This document shows positions 36,392 through 45,636 of a stretch of DNA of 64,000 bases, piece after piece. The first letter of the stretch is position 1; the number at the start of each line of letters is the position of its first letter. The position numbers and the translations under genes were made by a program. Below the pieces are notes generated by a model that worked only from the letters and a program-made list of their open reading frames with translations, did no database searches and had not been told where the DNA came from. Origin of the DNA: an uncultured Bacteroidales bacterium (GTDB lineage: Bacteria > Bacteroidota > Bacteroidia > Bacteroidales > UBA1402); the NCBI GenBank assembly GCA_964502355.1, contig CAZCWK010000006.1:2321-66320 (forward strand). Direction: 5' to 3'.

Positions 36392-36964
36392 ATGAAACCA
36401 TTACTATATTTATTAAATAATATCAGAATCAGGTGCTACAGGAAGATCTGGAGTAAAAGTGTAACCATCGAAGGACAACCTGTACTAAATCAGCCTTTAA
36501 TGATTAATGGTAGTGGACATATAATATTTGACACAAATGTAATTATAGGTTACAGATATTCACAGCAATATCTGAACACATATACGTATTTTGATTTAAG
36601 GGGATACGGTGCTTCCATAATAATTGGTAATAATGTAATTCTTAATAATAACACCTGTTTAAATGCTGATAAAGCATCAATTACTATTGGTAATGATACA
36701 GTTGCAGGTGTAAATCTTTCAATTATGACCAGTGATGGTCACAATATAGAAGGTTCAGACAGGCATGATGCAAATTATCCCGGACAGCCTGTTGTAATAG
36801 GAAAGAACGTATTCATCGGAGATAATGTAATGATTTTAAAAGGAGTGAATATTGGAAATAATTCCGTTATTGGTGCCGGTTCCGTTGTTACTAAAGATAT
36901 TCCTGAAAATGCTATAGCTGCCGGGAATCCATGCAAGATTCTAAGATTAATCAATCAGGATTGA
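36392..36964 (+). CDS. hexapeptide-repeat (left-handed beta-helix) O-acetyltransferase
   Basis: 190 aa. Repeated [LIV]-G-x4 hexapeptides (IGNNVILNNN, IGKNVFIGDNVMILKGVNIGNNSVIGAGSVV). C-terminal AAGNPCKILR. Confidence 0.8.
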   Translation: MKPLLYLLNNIRIRCYRKIWSKSVTIEGQPVLNQPLMINGSGHIIFDTNVIIGYRYSQQYLNTYTYFDLRGYGASIIIGNNVILNNNTCLNADKASITIGNDTVAGVNLSIMTSDGHNIEGSDRHDANYPGQPVVIGKNVFIGDNVMILKGVNIGNNSVIGAGSVVTKDIPENAIAAGNPCKILRLINQD

Positions 36965-36965
36965 A

Positions 36966-38456
36966 GTGGAAAAGGAAAATGACAATTCATATAACCAGAT
37001 TGCAAAATCGACAGGTATATTTGGCGGATCTCAGTTTCTGATTATAATAATTGGAGTATTAAGGACAAAAATTCTTGCCGTTCTGCTTGGAACTTATGGT
37101 ATTGGTCTGGTAGGTTTGTACCAGTCTGTGATAGATTTTTTTAAAACTTTCGCAGGAATGGGACTTAATTTTAGTCTGGTTAAAGAAATATCCCAGGCAT
37201 CCGAATCGGGAAATAAAGATAAGCTTGCTTTAGCAATTTCAGTATCAAAACGTTTGCTTTGGTATACAGGAGTTTTGGGTATGTTTTTGCTGATTATTTT
37301 CAGCGTACCTGCAAGCAGGATATTCTTTGGAGATTCAAGTAAATCACTGCATTTATGCTTTCTTTCTTTTGCAGTTCTTACAGGTATATTATCTACCGGA
37401 CAGGTAGCATATTTACAAGGTACCAGACAGATTTTCAAGATGGCAAAAGCGACATTATATGGTGCGATAGTTGGTTTGGTATTATCGGTTTCATTATATT
37501 ATATATTTGGTATTGAGGGGATTGTGCCTGCATTGATAGGAGCATCAGTCATTAATTTATTTTTCTCATGGTTTTTTTCTCATAAAGAGATGCTTGTAAA
37601 AGTAAAAATCAGTTTCAGAGAAACCATGACGAAAGGTATGAATATGATAAAGCTGGGTTTCTTTACAATGCTTACCGGAATTATTTCTACTTTAGCAATG
37701 CTGTTTCTGAAAAGTTTTATCATTAAAGTGGACAGTCTGGAAACTCTTGGGTTATTTCAGGCGGTTTGGTCGATATCATTTACTTATATTGGTGCTTTAC
37801 TGGCTTCTATGGGTGCTGATTACTATCCTAAGCTTTGTGGCCTGTCTGAAGATAATAAATCGATGGTAACATTTGCAAATCAACAAACCAGATTCGTTTT
37901 GTTGATATCTTCCCCAATACTAATAGTAGCTTTATTTTTGTCTGTTCCGATACTTAACATCCTTTATTCCAGCAAATTTATCGGAGCTGAGAATCTTATG
38001 TATTTTCAACTTTTCGGATTATTCCTGAAAGTTTTTACATGGCCTATCGGTTTCATCTTACTTGCTAAAGGAAAAGGTTTGAGATTTTTTCTGGTTGATT
38101 TTATCTGGTTTGTTATATATTGCACGGCAACATGTTTAGGATGGGAAACGTTTGGAGTTGAGTCTGCAGGTATTGCATTTGTGATTTCTTATTTGGTTTA
38201 TTTACCAATGGTTTATCTTATTGTCAAACCACTCTGCGATTTAAAATATGAAAAAATAAATATTCTCTATTTCATTATATTTTTGCTCCTGATATCTACA
38301 GCTTTAGTGGTTTCATTAATATTTAATGGTTGGATTTTTATAATTTCCGCAATTGTGATAGCCATCTTATCTTTGATAATTGCAATGAATGGTTTGAACA
38401 ATATTCTGCCTGCAAAAACCTGGATTAATTATATAAAAAAAGTATTGATCAAATAG
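36966..38456 (+). CDS. Wzx-type oligosaccharide flippase (MOP superfamily)
   Basis: 496 aa with about 12-14 TM segments. Typical N-terminus (AKSTGIFGGSQFLIIIIGVLRTKILAVLLG). GTG start at 36966. Confidence 0.75.
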   Translation: MEKENDNSYNQIAKSTGIFGGSQFLIIIIGVLRTKILAVLLGTYGIGLVGLYQSVIDFFKTFAGMGLNFSLVKEISQASESGNKDKLALAISVSKRLLWYTGVLGMFLLIIFSVPASRIFFGDSSKSLHLCFLSFAVLTGILSTGQVAYLQGTRQIFKMAKATLYGAIVGLVLSVSLYYIFGIEGIVPALIGASVINLFFSWFFSHKEMLVKVKISFRETMTKGMNMIKLGFFTMLTGIISTLAMLFLKSFIIKVDSLETLGLFQAVWSISFTYIGALLASMGADYYPKLCGLSEDNKSMVTFANQQTRFVLLISSPILIVALFLSVPILNILYSSKFIGAENLMYFQLFGLFLKVFTWPIGFILLAKGKGLRFFLVDFIWFVIYCTATCLGWETFGVESAGIAFVISYLVYLPMVYLIVKPLCDLKYEKINILYFIIFLLLISTALVVSLIFNGWIFIISAIVIAILSLIIAMNGLNNILPAKTWINYIKKVLIK

Positions 38457-38462
38457 TTTAAT

Positions 38463-39500
38463 ATGGAAAATAAAGGACCGTTGGTTTCGATTCTTGTAGT
38501 AACATATAATCAGGTATCTTTTATCAGGCAAACTCTTGATAGCCTGATAGAACAAGACTGTCCTTTTAATTATGAAATCCTGATTGGGGAAGATAATTCA
38601 ACTGATGGAACCCGTGAAATTTGCATAGAATACGAAAAAAAATATCCTGAAAAAATCAGACTTTTTCTGAATCAAAGCAATAAAGGTTTCATTAAAAATT
38701 ATTTTGGCCTTTTTGAGTACGTAAAAGGGAAATATATTGCTGAATGTGGCGGAGATGATTACTGGTGCGATAAGTTAAAATTAAAGAGACAGGTTGATAT
38801 TCTTGATGCTAATCCTGAAGTAGGTTTGGTTTATGGTAATTATAAGATATTCAATGAAACCAAATCAAAATATGAAAGTTCTGCTATAAATATCGATAGT
38901 GATTGGTTTGATAAAGATTACTATGGAAAGAATGCTCTGGCAGATTATATTAACGGTTTAAAAATCCCCCGTGTTGTATTATCTACTGCCTGTTACAGAG
39001 CTGATTGGGTGAAGTGTTTTTTTGCAGAAAAAGCGCAACTGTTTGATCTGGAAGATATTGTTTGTGAAGATCTCCCTTTAACTATATGTTTTTTAGAAAG
39101 AAGTCCTTTATACATGATGAAGGATGATCTTATGGTTTATAGATTAATGGAAGAATCCGAGAGCCATTCCAGAGACGCAGATAAATATATGAGAGGTTTC
39201 GCATGGAATGTCTTTCGTCAGACTATAAATATTTCTAAAAATTTCAACATTCCTCTAAAAGAAATATCTGAATATGTTAAAAGGTTATACCCGGATTTTT
39301 GGCTTCATGCTTTTAAAACAGGTGATAGTAAATGGATACAAGAGATATATTTTTTTTCCAAAGAACACAATCTTAAAGTTGGATTTAAACAAAAAGTACT
39401 AAGATTTCTTACTGAAACATATATTCTGAAAAAAGTATCGAGGCCTCTTTATTTTGCCTTTAAAGGCATAAATAAAAGGATGTTATTTATGAAACGCTGA
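38463..39500 (+). CDS. glycosyltransferase family 2
   Basis: VSILVVTYNQ, GEDNSTDGT and GGDDYW (DxD-like) are GT-A signatures. Confidence 0.8.
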   Translation: MENKGPLVSILVVTYNQVSFIRQTLDSLIEQDCPFNYEILIGEDNSTDGTREICIEYEKKYPEKIRLFLNQSNKGFIKNYFGLFEYVKGKYIAECGGDDYWCDKLKLKRQVDILDANPEVGLVYGNYKIFNETKSKYESSAINIDSDWFDKDYYGKNALADYINGLKIPRVVLSTACYRADWVKCFFAEKAQLFDLEDIVCEDLPLTICFLERSPLYMMKDDLMVYRLMEESESHSRDADKYMRGFAWNVFRQTINISKNFNIPLKEISEYVKRLYPDFWLHAFKTGDSKWIQEIYFFSKEHNLKVGFKQKVLRFLTETYILKKVSRPLYFAFKGINKRMLFMKR

Positions 39501-39512
39501 AAAGAGATTAGT

Positions 39513-40697
39513 ATGGAAACCGGAAGAGTTTTGTTCGTATGTCCTTCATATCCTGCAATAGGAGGTGTGGAAACCGTCACCTCATTGTTGGTTGATTACT
39601 TTATCAGCAAAGAATATGATGTTCACATCCTGGTTTCCGGTGATAAAAAGACAGAAGAAATGGCTTCTCATAAACATTCCCGTTTAATTCATTTGATGGA
39701 AGGAGCGTTGAACTCTGAGCTAAATATCAGATTCATTGAAGATTTCATTATTAAGAATAATGTAAAATTTGTTTTTAATCAGGGTGTATTCTCAGAAATA
39801 AGAAAAGGATCGGGTCAAATTAGCAACTTTGTTTTGATAAATACTCTTCATTCATGCCCGTTTTGGGAAGTTGAAAAGTTTGGCCACAGTAGTTTGTTAT
39901 CACTTTTTAAAACTGAAAAAACTGCTTTTAAAAAGTTTAAATTGATTTTCAGATACCCCTTGTACAAAATCAATCCATATATGGCTTTTCCCAATGTATT
40001 TAAAAATTACAGATTGGCGATTGATGAATCTGATTATTATGTTGTTCTAAATCAATCATATAAAAGAATACTAGAGGATAAACTGTTTAAAGGAAAATCA
40101 ATCGAAAAAATAAAAGTCATACCAAATCCTTCTGTTTCCGGTGAGCACATTTCCGTAAGTGAAAAAGAAAAAATAATACTTTATACAGGAAGACTTGTAA
40201 AGGTTCCTAAAAGAGTTGACAGATTGCTAAGTATCTGGAAAAGAATAGAGGATAAATTGAATGATTGGCATTTGATAATACTTGGTGATGGTGAAGAAAA
40301 ACCACATCTGGAAAAAATCTCAAATGATATGAATCTGAAAAGGGTCACATTTGAAGGCTTTAAACCTGCTGAGGACTATTACCGGAAAGCTTCAATATTA
40401 TGTCTTACCTCAGATTATGAAGGTGCTCCCCTGGTAATAACTGAATCACAAAGTTATGGAGTTGTACCTGTAACTTTTGATAGTTCAGCAGGTATCAGAG
40501 AAATGATACAGGATGGGGCAGACGGAATAATCGTAAAGCAGGGTGATGTTGATTTGTTTTCAAAGGAATTACTGAAACTGGCATCTGACAATGCTTTAAG
40601 GGAAAGTATGAGTAAAAAATGCTTTGACAAATCACTCGAAAATGATTTGGAAAAAATCGGAATCAGATGGGTTGAGCTGTTTAAAACATCAGACTAA
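39513..40697 (+). CDS. glycosyltransferase family 4 (GT-B fold)
   Basis: 394 aa. C-terminal GT1/GT4 motif region SDYEGAPLVITESQSYGVVPV. Confidence 0.8.
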   Translation: METGRVLFVCPSYPAIGGVETVTSLLVDYFISKEYDVHILVSGDKKTEEMASHKHSRLIHLMEGALNSELNIRFIEDFIIKNNVKFVFNQGVFSEIRKGSGQISNFVLINTLHSCPFWEVEKFGHSSLLSLFKTEKTAFKKFKLIFRYPLYKINPYMAFPNVFKNYRLAIDESDYYVVLNQSYKRILEDKLFKGKSIEKIKVIPNPSVSGEHISVSEKEKIILYTGRLVKVPKRVDRLLSIWKRIEDKLNDWHLIILGDGEEKPHLEKISNDMNLKRVTFEGFKPAEDYYRKASILCLTSDYEGAPLVITESQSYGVVPVTFDSSAGIREMIQDGADGIIVKQGDVDLFSKELLKLASDNALRESMSKKCFDKSLENDLEKIGIRWVELFKTSD

Positions 40698-41647
40698 AGC
40701 AGAAACTCAGCTATCCTCCAGAAGCCTCTTCCTCCGGATCCGGTGTACAGGTAATGTAGCTTAATAACGTTTCCGGAAAAGGCTTTATTTTTTTCGGGTA
40801 GTTTATTCAGAGCGTCACCAAGAAAGGCTTCAGATAATTTTTTATGACCTTCAAGCTTAATCTGGGCCGCAACAGTACCGATTCTGAAGCATAAAGCTCT
40901 TTGTAGTTTATCCTTAAAGTGAGGATTTTCAATACTGTCAATTATTGTCTGTATTTTTTGAATTGTCCTGTTAAGTTTGTAATGGTCGTCTGTGTATGAG
41001 TTGCTGCTGATAGCGTTTTCGTGCATCAAAACTTCATATAAAGGATTTCCTTTAATAAAAACAATTTTCTCAGTATTAAGTAATATCCTGAAACCAAATT
41101 CCAAATCCTGCCACCTCGATAAAGATTTATCCCATAAGCCGGCTTTTTCAAATAGTGACCTTTTAAAAATCATTCCATGCGTAGCCAATACCGTGTCAAA
41201 TAATTGGCTTTCAGGTTTTTTTGAATTTCTTTTTGGTCTTTTGGTAAGTTTTCCTTCAGGAGTTCTTATCTGGAATGGAAAAGCTAAAACTTCGGGAAAA
41301 TCATATTTATACAGATTCCTGTAAATAATCTCCAGACTTCCGGGGAACATAATGTCATCAGAGTCAAAAAAGTACACGTAATCACCATCGGAATTTTTGA
41401 AACCTTTGTTTCTCGCAGCATTTGCTCCGGTTTTTGCTTCAGAAAAAACTTTAATGAATAAAGACTGGTCTTTGTTATTGTCCTTAAATTTGTTGCAAAT
41501 GTCTAAGGAGCTATCATTTGAATTGTTATCAACAAGAATTAATTCAAATGGTCTGAAAGTTTGATTAATTAGTGACTGCAATGTTCTCTCAAGGATTTCC
41601 TGCCTGTTATATACAGGAACAATTACAGAAATCAAAGGATTTTCCAT
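40694..41647 (-). CDS. glycosyltransferase family 2
   Basis: ISVIVPVYNR, VDNNSNDSS, FFDSDD. Its 3' end overlaps the convergent GT4 gene by 4 nt. Confidence 0.8.
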   Translation of the reverse strand: MENPLISVIVPVYNRQEILERTLQSLINQTFRPFELILVDNNSNDSSLDICNKFKDNNKDQSLFIKVFSEAKTGANAARNKGFKNSDGDYVYFFDSDDIMFPGSLEIIYRNLYKYDFPEVLAFPFQIRTPEGKLTKRPKRNSKKPESQLFDTVLATHGMIFKRSLFEKAGLWDKSLSRWQDLEFGFRILLNTEKIVFIKGNPLYEVLMHENAISSNSYTDDHYKLNRTIQKIQTIIDSIENPHFKDKLQRALCFRIGTVAAQIKLEGHKKLSEAFLGDALNKLPEKNKAFSGNVIKLHYLYTGSGGRGFWRIAEFLL

Positions 41648-41792
41648 ACTAATGAATTTTCAGGAGTTATGATTTAATAATCAGACTGATACCGGAAGTA
41701 AGGTTTTCAAACATAGAATACTATCATCATTTACCAATTGATACAAATATATATTTTAAATCACAGAGTTGTTCAAAGTATCTTAATTTCTT

Positions 41793-41800
41793 TATTTTTG
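41793..41800 (+). promoter_or_regulatory. candidate -7 promoter box (TAnnTTTG)
   Basis: TATTTTTG ends 20 nt upstream of ATG 41820, in a 172-nt divergent intergenic region. Confidence 0.3.
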
Positions 41801-41819
41801 TCATAATTAATTCTGTATA

Positions 41820-42632
41820 ATGCAAACCGTTCAACTATTAATATCAACTTTTGGTAACCGGATTAGCCAGGTGGAAAAAATATTGTTGCCTCCTGAAGCC
41901 GGGGTTTCATATATAATTTCACATCAGATAGTTGATGGAGTTGACATCCTGATACCTGAAAGCTTATTAAGAGATGATGTATCCGTTTTTCAGATAGAGG
42001 GCAGAGGATTGGGCAGAAACAGAAATAACTGTCTGAGTCATGCCAGTGCAGATATTGTAATGATACTCGATGATGATATAAAAATTAAGTCTGAATATAT
42101 ACAACGGGTCAGGGACTTCTTTGAAAACGAAGATATAGATATTGCATGCAGTAAAATTAAAACTCCTGATAATCAACCTGCCTATAAAACTTATACTGAT
42201 TATCCGGTTTTACTGGACAAACCCGATCAGTTTAAATCAGTAAGTTCTGTAGAATTGTCTATAAGATTGAAATCTGTAAGTGATAAATCGATTTTTTTCG
42301 ATGAAAGATTTGGACTGGGTACTAAGTTGAGTAGCGGAGAAGAGTTCGTTTTTTTGGTTGAATGCTGGAGGAAGAAGCTTAAAATCAAGTATTTCCCTGT
42401 ATTTACAGTTGAGCATGATTATCAAAGCTCCGGAAAAGATAAATCCTTTTTAAGTGATGAAAAACTCATGGTTGCCGGTGCGCATTCGTTTTATCTGTAT
42501 GGAAACAAGGCATTTATCTATAATTTTTTGTCGGTATTCAGAAGATTTTTTGCGATTATCAAAACCGGTATTAACCCTGTACATTTCCTGAAGATGAAAA
42601 ATGCTGGCTCATCCTACCTTCGTTATAGCTGA
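41820..42632 (+). CDS. GT-A fold glycosyltransferase-like protein
   Basis: 270 aa. VMILDDDI is a DxD motif, and GRNRNN sits upstream of it. Glycan locus context. Confidence 0.55.
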   Translation: MQTVQLLISTFGNRISQVEKILLPPEAGVSYIISHQIVDGVDILIPESLLRDDVSVFQIEGRGLGRNRNNCLSHASADIVMILDDDIKIKSEYIQRVRDFFENEDIDIACSKIKTPDNQPAYKTYTDYPVLLDKPDQFKSVSSVELSIRLKSVSDKSIFFDERFGLGTKLSSGEEFVFLVECWRKKLKIKYFPVFTVEHDYQSSGKDKSFLSDEKLMVAGAHSFYLYGNKAFIYNFLSVFRRFFAIIKTGINPVHFLKMKNAGSSYLRYS

Positions 42633-43519
42633 TGTGTTTGTTTATATAAACACATGTAACCTAATCTGTAACAGTCAAATATAAACAAGCTTGGTCTTGA
42701 ATTTATTAAATTGCTTCTCATTGAATTCCTGGATAATCTAAACAATATTGATCCGGTTTTATCGAGTTTTAAATGACATATTCTGTCAAAAACTCTGAAT
42801 ATCTTAATGCTTTTTAACAGAGAATCCTGTCTGAATGCAGGATTAGTAAAAAATTTAGATGCCGAAACCAGACTCTTCTCCAAAAAGATTGCGTTATCCT
42901 CCAGCCCCGTATGTATCAAAGGATTATCAATATGAAGTATTGAAATGCCAGCTTTAAGGAATTCATAACCTATTAAAGTATCTTCATGACCATAATCTGT
43001 GATTGATTCGTCAAAAGGATGATTAATCAAAATATCCTTTTTTGTCAGGAATTGAAAGGAAGAGAATGATTTATACGGTTGGATATTTTTAACCACAGGG
43101 CTGATATATTCCCGGTTTCTTCCATAATGCCATCTGAGTATTTTTTCTTTTTCAGGCCTTTTGTTGTCGTACATTACTCCACCCACGATGACATCAGATT
43201 TGTCAATGTTCTCAAGATACCTTTCAATATATTTATTATCAGTTATTTGTGCATCACAATCCATGAGTAAAATATATGGGAAGGATGCCATTAAGACCAG
43301 TTTGTTTCTGTTTTTGGCAGCACCGGAATTTTCAGCATTGATAATAAACCTGCAAAAAGGATATTCTGAAATTGCCTTATTTTCAGTTATATATTTGTTG
43401 GATGCATCATCAAGAACAATAATTTCAAAATCAATTTTGAGATCACCGCATTGTGTATATAAATCATATACAAGCTTGCTGCAATCATGATTGTATTCCG
43501 GAATTAGTATAGATAGCAT
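42623..43519 (-). CDS. glycosyltransferase family 2
   Basis: LSILIPEYNHD, VLDDASN, LLMDCDA. Its 3' end overlaps the convergent gene by 10 nt. Confidence 0.8.
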   Translation of the reverse strand: MLSILIPEYNHDCSKLVYDLYTQCGDLKIDFEIIVLDDASNKYITENKAISEYPFCRFIINAENSGAAKNRNKLVLMASFPYILLMDCDAQITDNKYIERYLENIDKSDVIVGGVMYDNKRPEKEKILRWHYGRNREYISPVVKNIQPYKSFSSFQFLTKKDILINHPFDESITDYGHEDTLIGYEFLKAGISILHIDNPLIHTGLEDNAIFLEKSLVSASKFFTNPAFRQDSLLKSIKIFRVFDRICHLKLDKTGSILFRLSRNSMRSNLINSRPSLFIFDCYRLGYMCLYKQTHQL

Positions 43520-43602
43520 TTTTTCAGGATAAGTCTAAACATAGTTAAACGATATACAAATTTAAAATTTATATCACTATTTTTGCTAATAAAAAGTTTG
43601 AA

Positions 43603-44616
43603 ATGCAATTATTTGAAAATATATCCCTCAAGGACAAACATACATTCCACATAGATGTAAAATCACGTTATTGGATTGATTTTGAGAAAACAGAAGAACT
43701 AAGTAATATTTTTAATAATCCGTGCTTTTCAAATCTGCCTTCTTATATAATTGGCGGAGGTAGTAACATGCTTTTCGATAATGATTTTCCCGGTCTTTTA
43801 ATTCATTCCTGTATTAAAGGAATCGAAGTTGTCAGTGAAGATTCAGAAAGTGTTTTAGTAAGAGTCGGATCTGGTATTAACTGGGATAATTTTGTTAATG
43901 AAGCCGTTAGCAGGGGATGGTCAGGTGCAGAAAATCTGTCCGGAATTCCCGGAGATGTTGGTGCAACCCCGGTTCAGAATATTGGTGCTTATGGAGTTGA
44001 AGCAGGCGATCTGATTTATTCAACTGAAGCCTATAGCATTGAAACCGGGGAGATTAAATGTTTCTACAATTCAGATTGTGACTTTTCATACAGAAACAGC
44101 GTTTTTAAAAAAGAATTGAAAGGAAAATATATAATTTGTTATGTTACATTCAGGCTTTCAAAAAAGTTTGTACCTGTACTAAACTATGGAGATCTGGAGT
44201 CAAGATTAATGAAAACCGGTGATATTTCTCCTTTGGCTGTTAGAAATGCGATAATTTCAATAAGATTCGAAAAATTACCTGATCCGGATGTGACAGGAAA
44301 TGCAGGTAGTTTTTTTATGAATCCTGTAATAACATCAGATGAATATTTTAGAATAAAAGCCTCATTCCCGGATTTTAACGGATGGCTTCAAAAAGATGGA
44401 AAATACAAGGTTTCTGCTGCCTGGTGCATAGAAAAATCCGGTTGGAAAGGTAAAACTTATGGTAATGCCGGTGTTCATCCGAAACAAGCTCTTGTGCTTG
44501 TTAATAATGGAGAATCAACAAGTAAGGAAATAATTGAATTGTCAGAATTAATCCGCAGGGATGTTTTATCAGATTTTGGAATTAATCTGATACCTGAAGT
44601 TCTGATAATAAAATAG
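43603..44616 (+). CDS. murB: UDP-N-acetylmuramate dehydrogenase
   Basis: 337 aa. FAD-binding IIGGGSNMLF. C-terminal SAAWCIEKSGWKG is typical of long-form MurB. Confidence 0.9.
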   Translation: MQLFENISLKDKHTFHIDVKSRYWIDFEKTEELSNIFNNPCFSNLPSYIIGGGSNMLFDNDFPGLLIHSCIKGIEVVSEDSESVLVRVGSGINWDNFVNEAVSRGWSGAENLSGIPGDVGATPVQNIGAYGVEAGDLIYSTEAYSIETGEIKCFYNSDCDFSYRNSVFKKELKGKYIICYVTFRLSKKFVPVLNYGDLESRLMKTGDISPLAVRNAIISIRFEKLPDPDVTGNAGSFFMNPVITSDEYFRIKASFPDFNGWLQKDGKYKVSAAWCIEKSGWKGKTYGNAGVHPKQALVLVNNGESTSKEIIELSELIRRDVLSDFGINLIPEVLIIK

Positions 44617-44623
44617 AGTATAT

Positions 44624-44773
44624 CATATGAAACGAGCATGCTTAAACAAAACGTCCAAGTCAATGAAAGTTTTAAGAAGCGAGAGTAGAGACGAAGTTTA
44701 CTTCGGATATACCGAGTCTCGCAAAACTACTGTTCAGAATGAACAAAATTTTTGGCATGCGGCGTACCATATG
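44624..44773. other. 150-bp imperfect nested palindrome (candidate structured RNA, MITE/REP-like element, or coincident with a 59-codon ORF 44627-44806)
   Basis: Nine nested all-Watson-Crick helices, 44 bp in total. They include CATATG 44624/44768, ACG/CGT 44632/44763, GCATGC 44636/44755, CAAAA/TTTTG 44647/44750, AGTTTT/AAAACT 44668/44723, GCGAGA/TCTCGC 44679/44717, and CGAAG-TTTA-CTTCG 44692-44705. The segment looks visibly GC-richer than other intergenic DNA here. The ORF ATG 44627 to TGA 44804-44806 overlaps the next gene's ATG as ATGA. Confidence 0.45.
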
Positions 44774-44802
44774 GCCTTAGTGTTAAAGATTAAAAATAAT
44801 AT

Positions 44803-45561
44803 ATGAAAATAACTTTTCTTGGTACAGGTACTTCGACAGGAAATCCCCAGTTATTATGTGAGTGCAGAACCTGCAAATCAGAAGATCCAAAAGATGTCAG
44901 GTTAAGATCCTCTGTATTTATTGAAACTGATGATGCCTCAATATTGATTGATTGCGGGCCTGATTTCAGATACCAGTCACTTAGGTCGGGTATTAAAAAA
45001 ATTGATTCTGTTATTTTAACTCATGAACATTATGATCATGTCGGAGGCCTGGATGACCTGAGGCCCTTTTGTAAAGTAAGGGATTTGCCTTTGTATTCAT
45101 TAAACAGAGTTCTTAAAAAGGTTCAGGAATATATGCCGTACAGCTTCACTAAAAATCCTTATTCGGGAGTTCCGGTGTTTGAACTGAATGAAGTTAATGA
45201 TGAAGTTTTTAAAATAAATAATACCAGTATAATTCCCGTTAAACTAATGCATTACAAACTGGAAGTATTGGGGCTTAGAATTGGTGATTTTGCCTATCTC
45301 ACTGATTTTAATTATATTGATGATCGTGAACTGGGTAAACTTCATGGTTTAAAAGTACTTGTAATTGATGCATTAAGGAAGGAAAAGCATATTTCCCATA
45401 ATTCACTTGATGAATCTCTTAAAATTATTGAGATGATAAAACCTGAAAAAACATTGTTAATCCATATGAGTCACGATATGGGACTTCATAAAGAAGTTAA
45501 CGATGAGTTACCTGAAAATATCAGTTTATCCTGGGATAATCTTGAAATATCAATCAAATAA
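44803..45561 (+). CDS. MBL-fold metallo-hydrolase (PhnP-like phosphodiesterase type)
   Basis: 252 aa. HxHxDH motif (LTHEHYDHVGG). N-terminal GTGTSTGNP...CECRTC as in PhnP-like proteins. Confidence 0.75.
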   Translation: MKITFLGTGTSTGNPQLLCECRTCKSEDPKDVRLRSSVFIETDDASILIDCGPDFRYQSLRSGIKKIDSVILTHEHYDHVGGLDDLRPFCKVRDLPLYSLNRVLKKVQEYMPYSFTKNPYSGVPVFELNEVNDEVFKINNTSIIPVKLMHYKLEVLGLRIGDFAYLTDFNYIDDRELGKLHGLKVLVIDALRKEKHISHNSLDESLKIIEMIKPEKTLLIHMSHDMGLHKEVNDELPENISLSWDNLEISIK

Positions 45562-45603
45562 AAAAAAGCTTTATATTGATAAAACAGCTGCTACTTTTTT
45601 TAG

Positions 45604-45611
45604 TATTTTTG
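45604..45611 (+). promoter_or_regulatory. candidate -7 promoter box (TAnnTTTG)
   Basis: TATTTTTG lies 26 nt upstream of the dnaN ATG. Confidence 0.35.
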
Positions 45612-45636
45612 TAAATAAAACCATAAAAATCGACCT

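Noticed and set aside
37094-43490. Antisense ORFs within the glycan locus (37094-37438, 38367-38555, 40992-41324, 41967-42176, 42237-42425, 43079-43270, 43161-43490)
   Set aside because: Each is fully contained in a gene with clear flippase or GT motifs on the other strand.
44650-44690. Possible SRP (4.5S) RNA: GUCAAU-GAAA-GUUUUAAGAAGCGAG vaguely resembles the GNRA tetraloop/AGCA region of domain IV
   Set aside because: The conserved GGAAGCAGC-type motif is not actually present. The GAAA is not the terminal loop in the best nested fold. The element, at about 150 nt, is longer than a typical 4.5S RNA. It is kept only as a generic structured-element finding.
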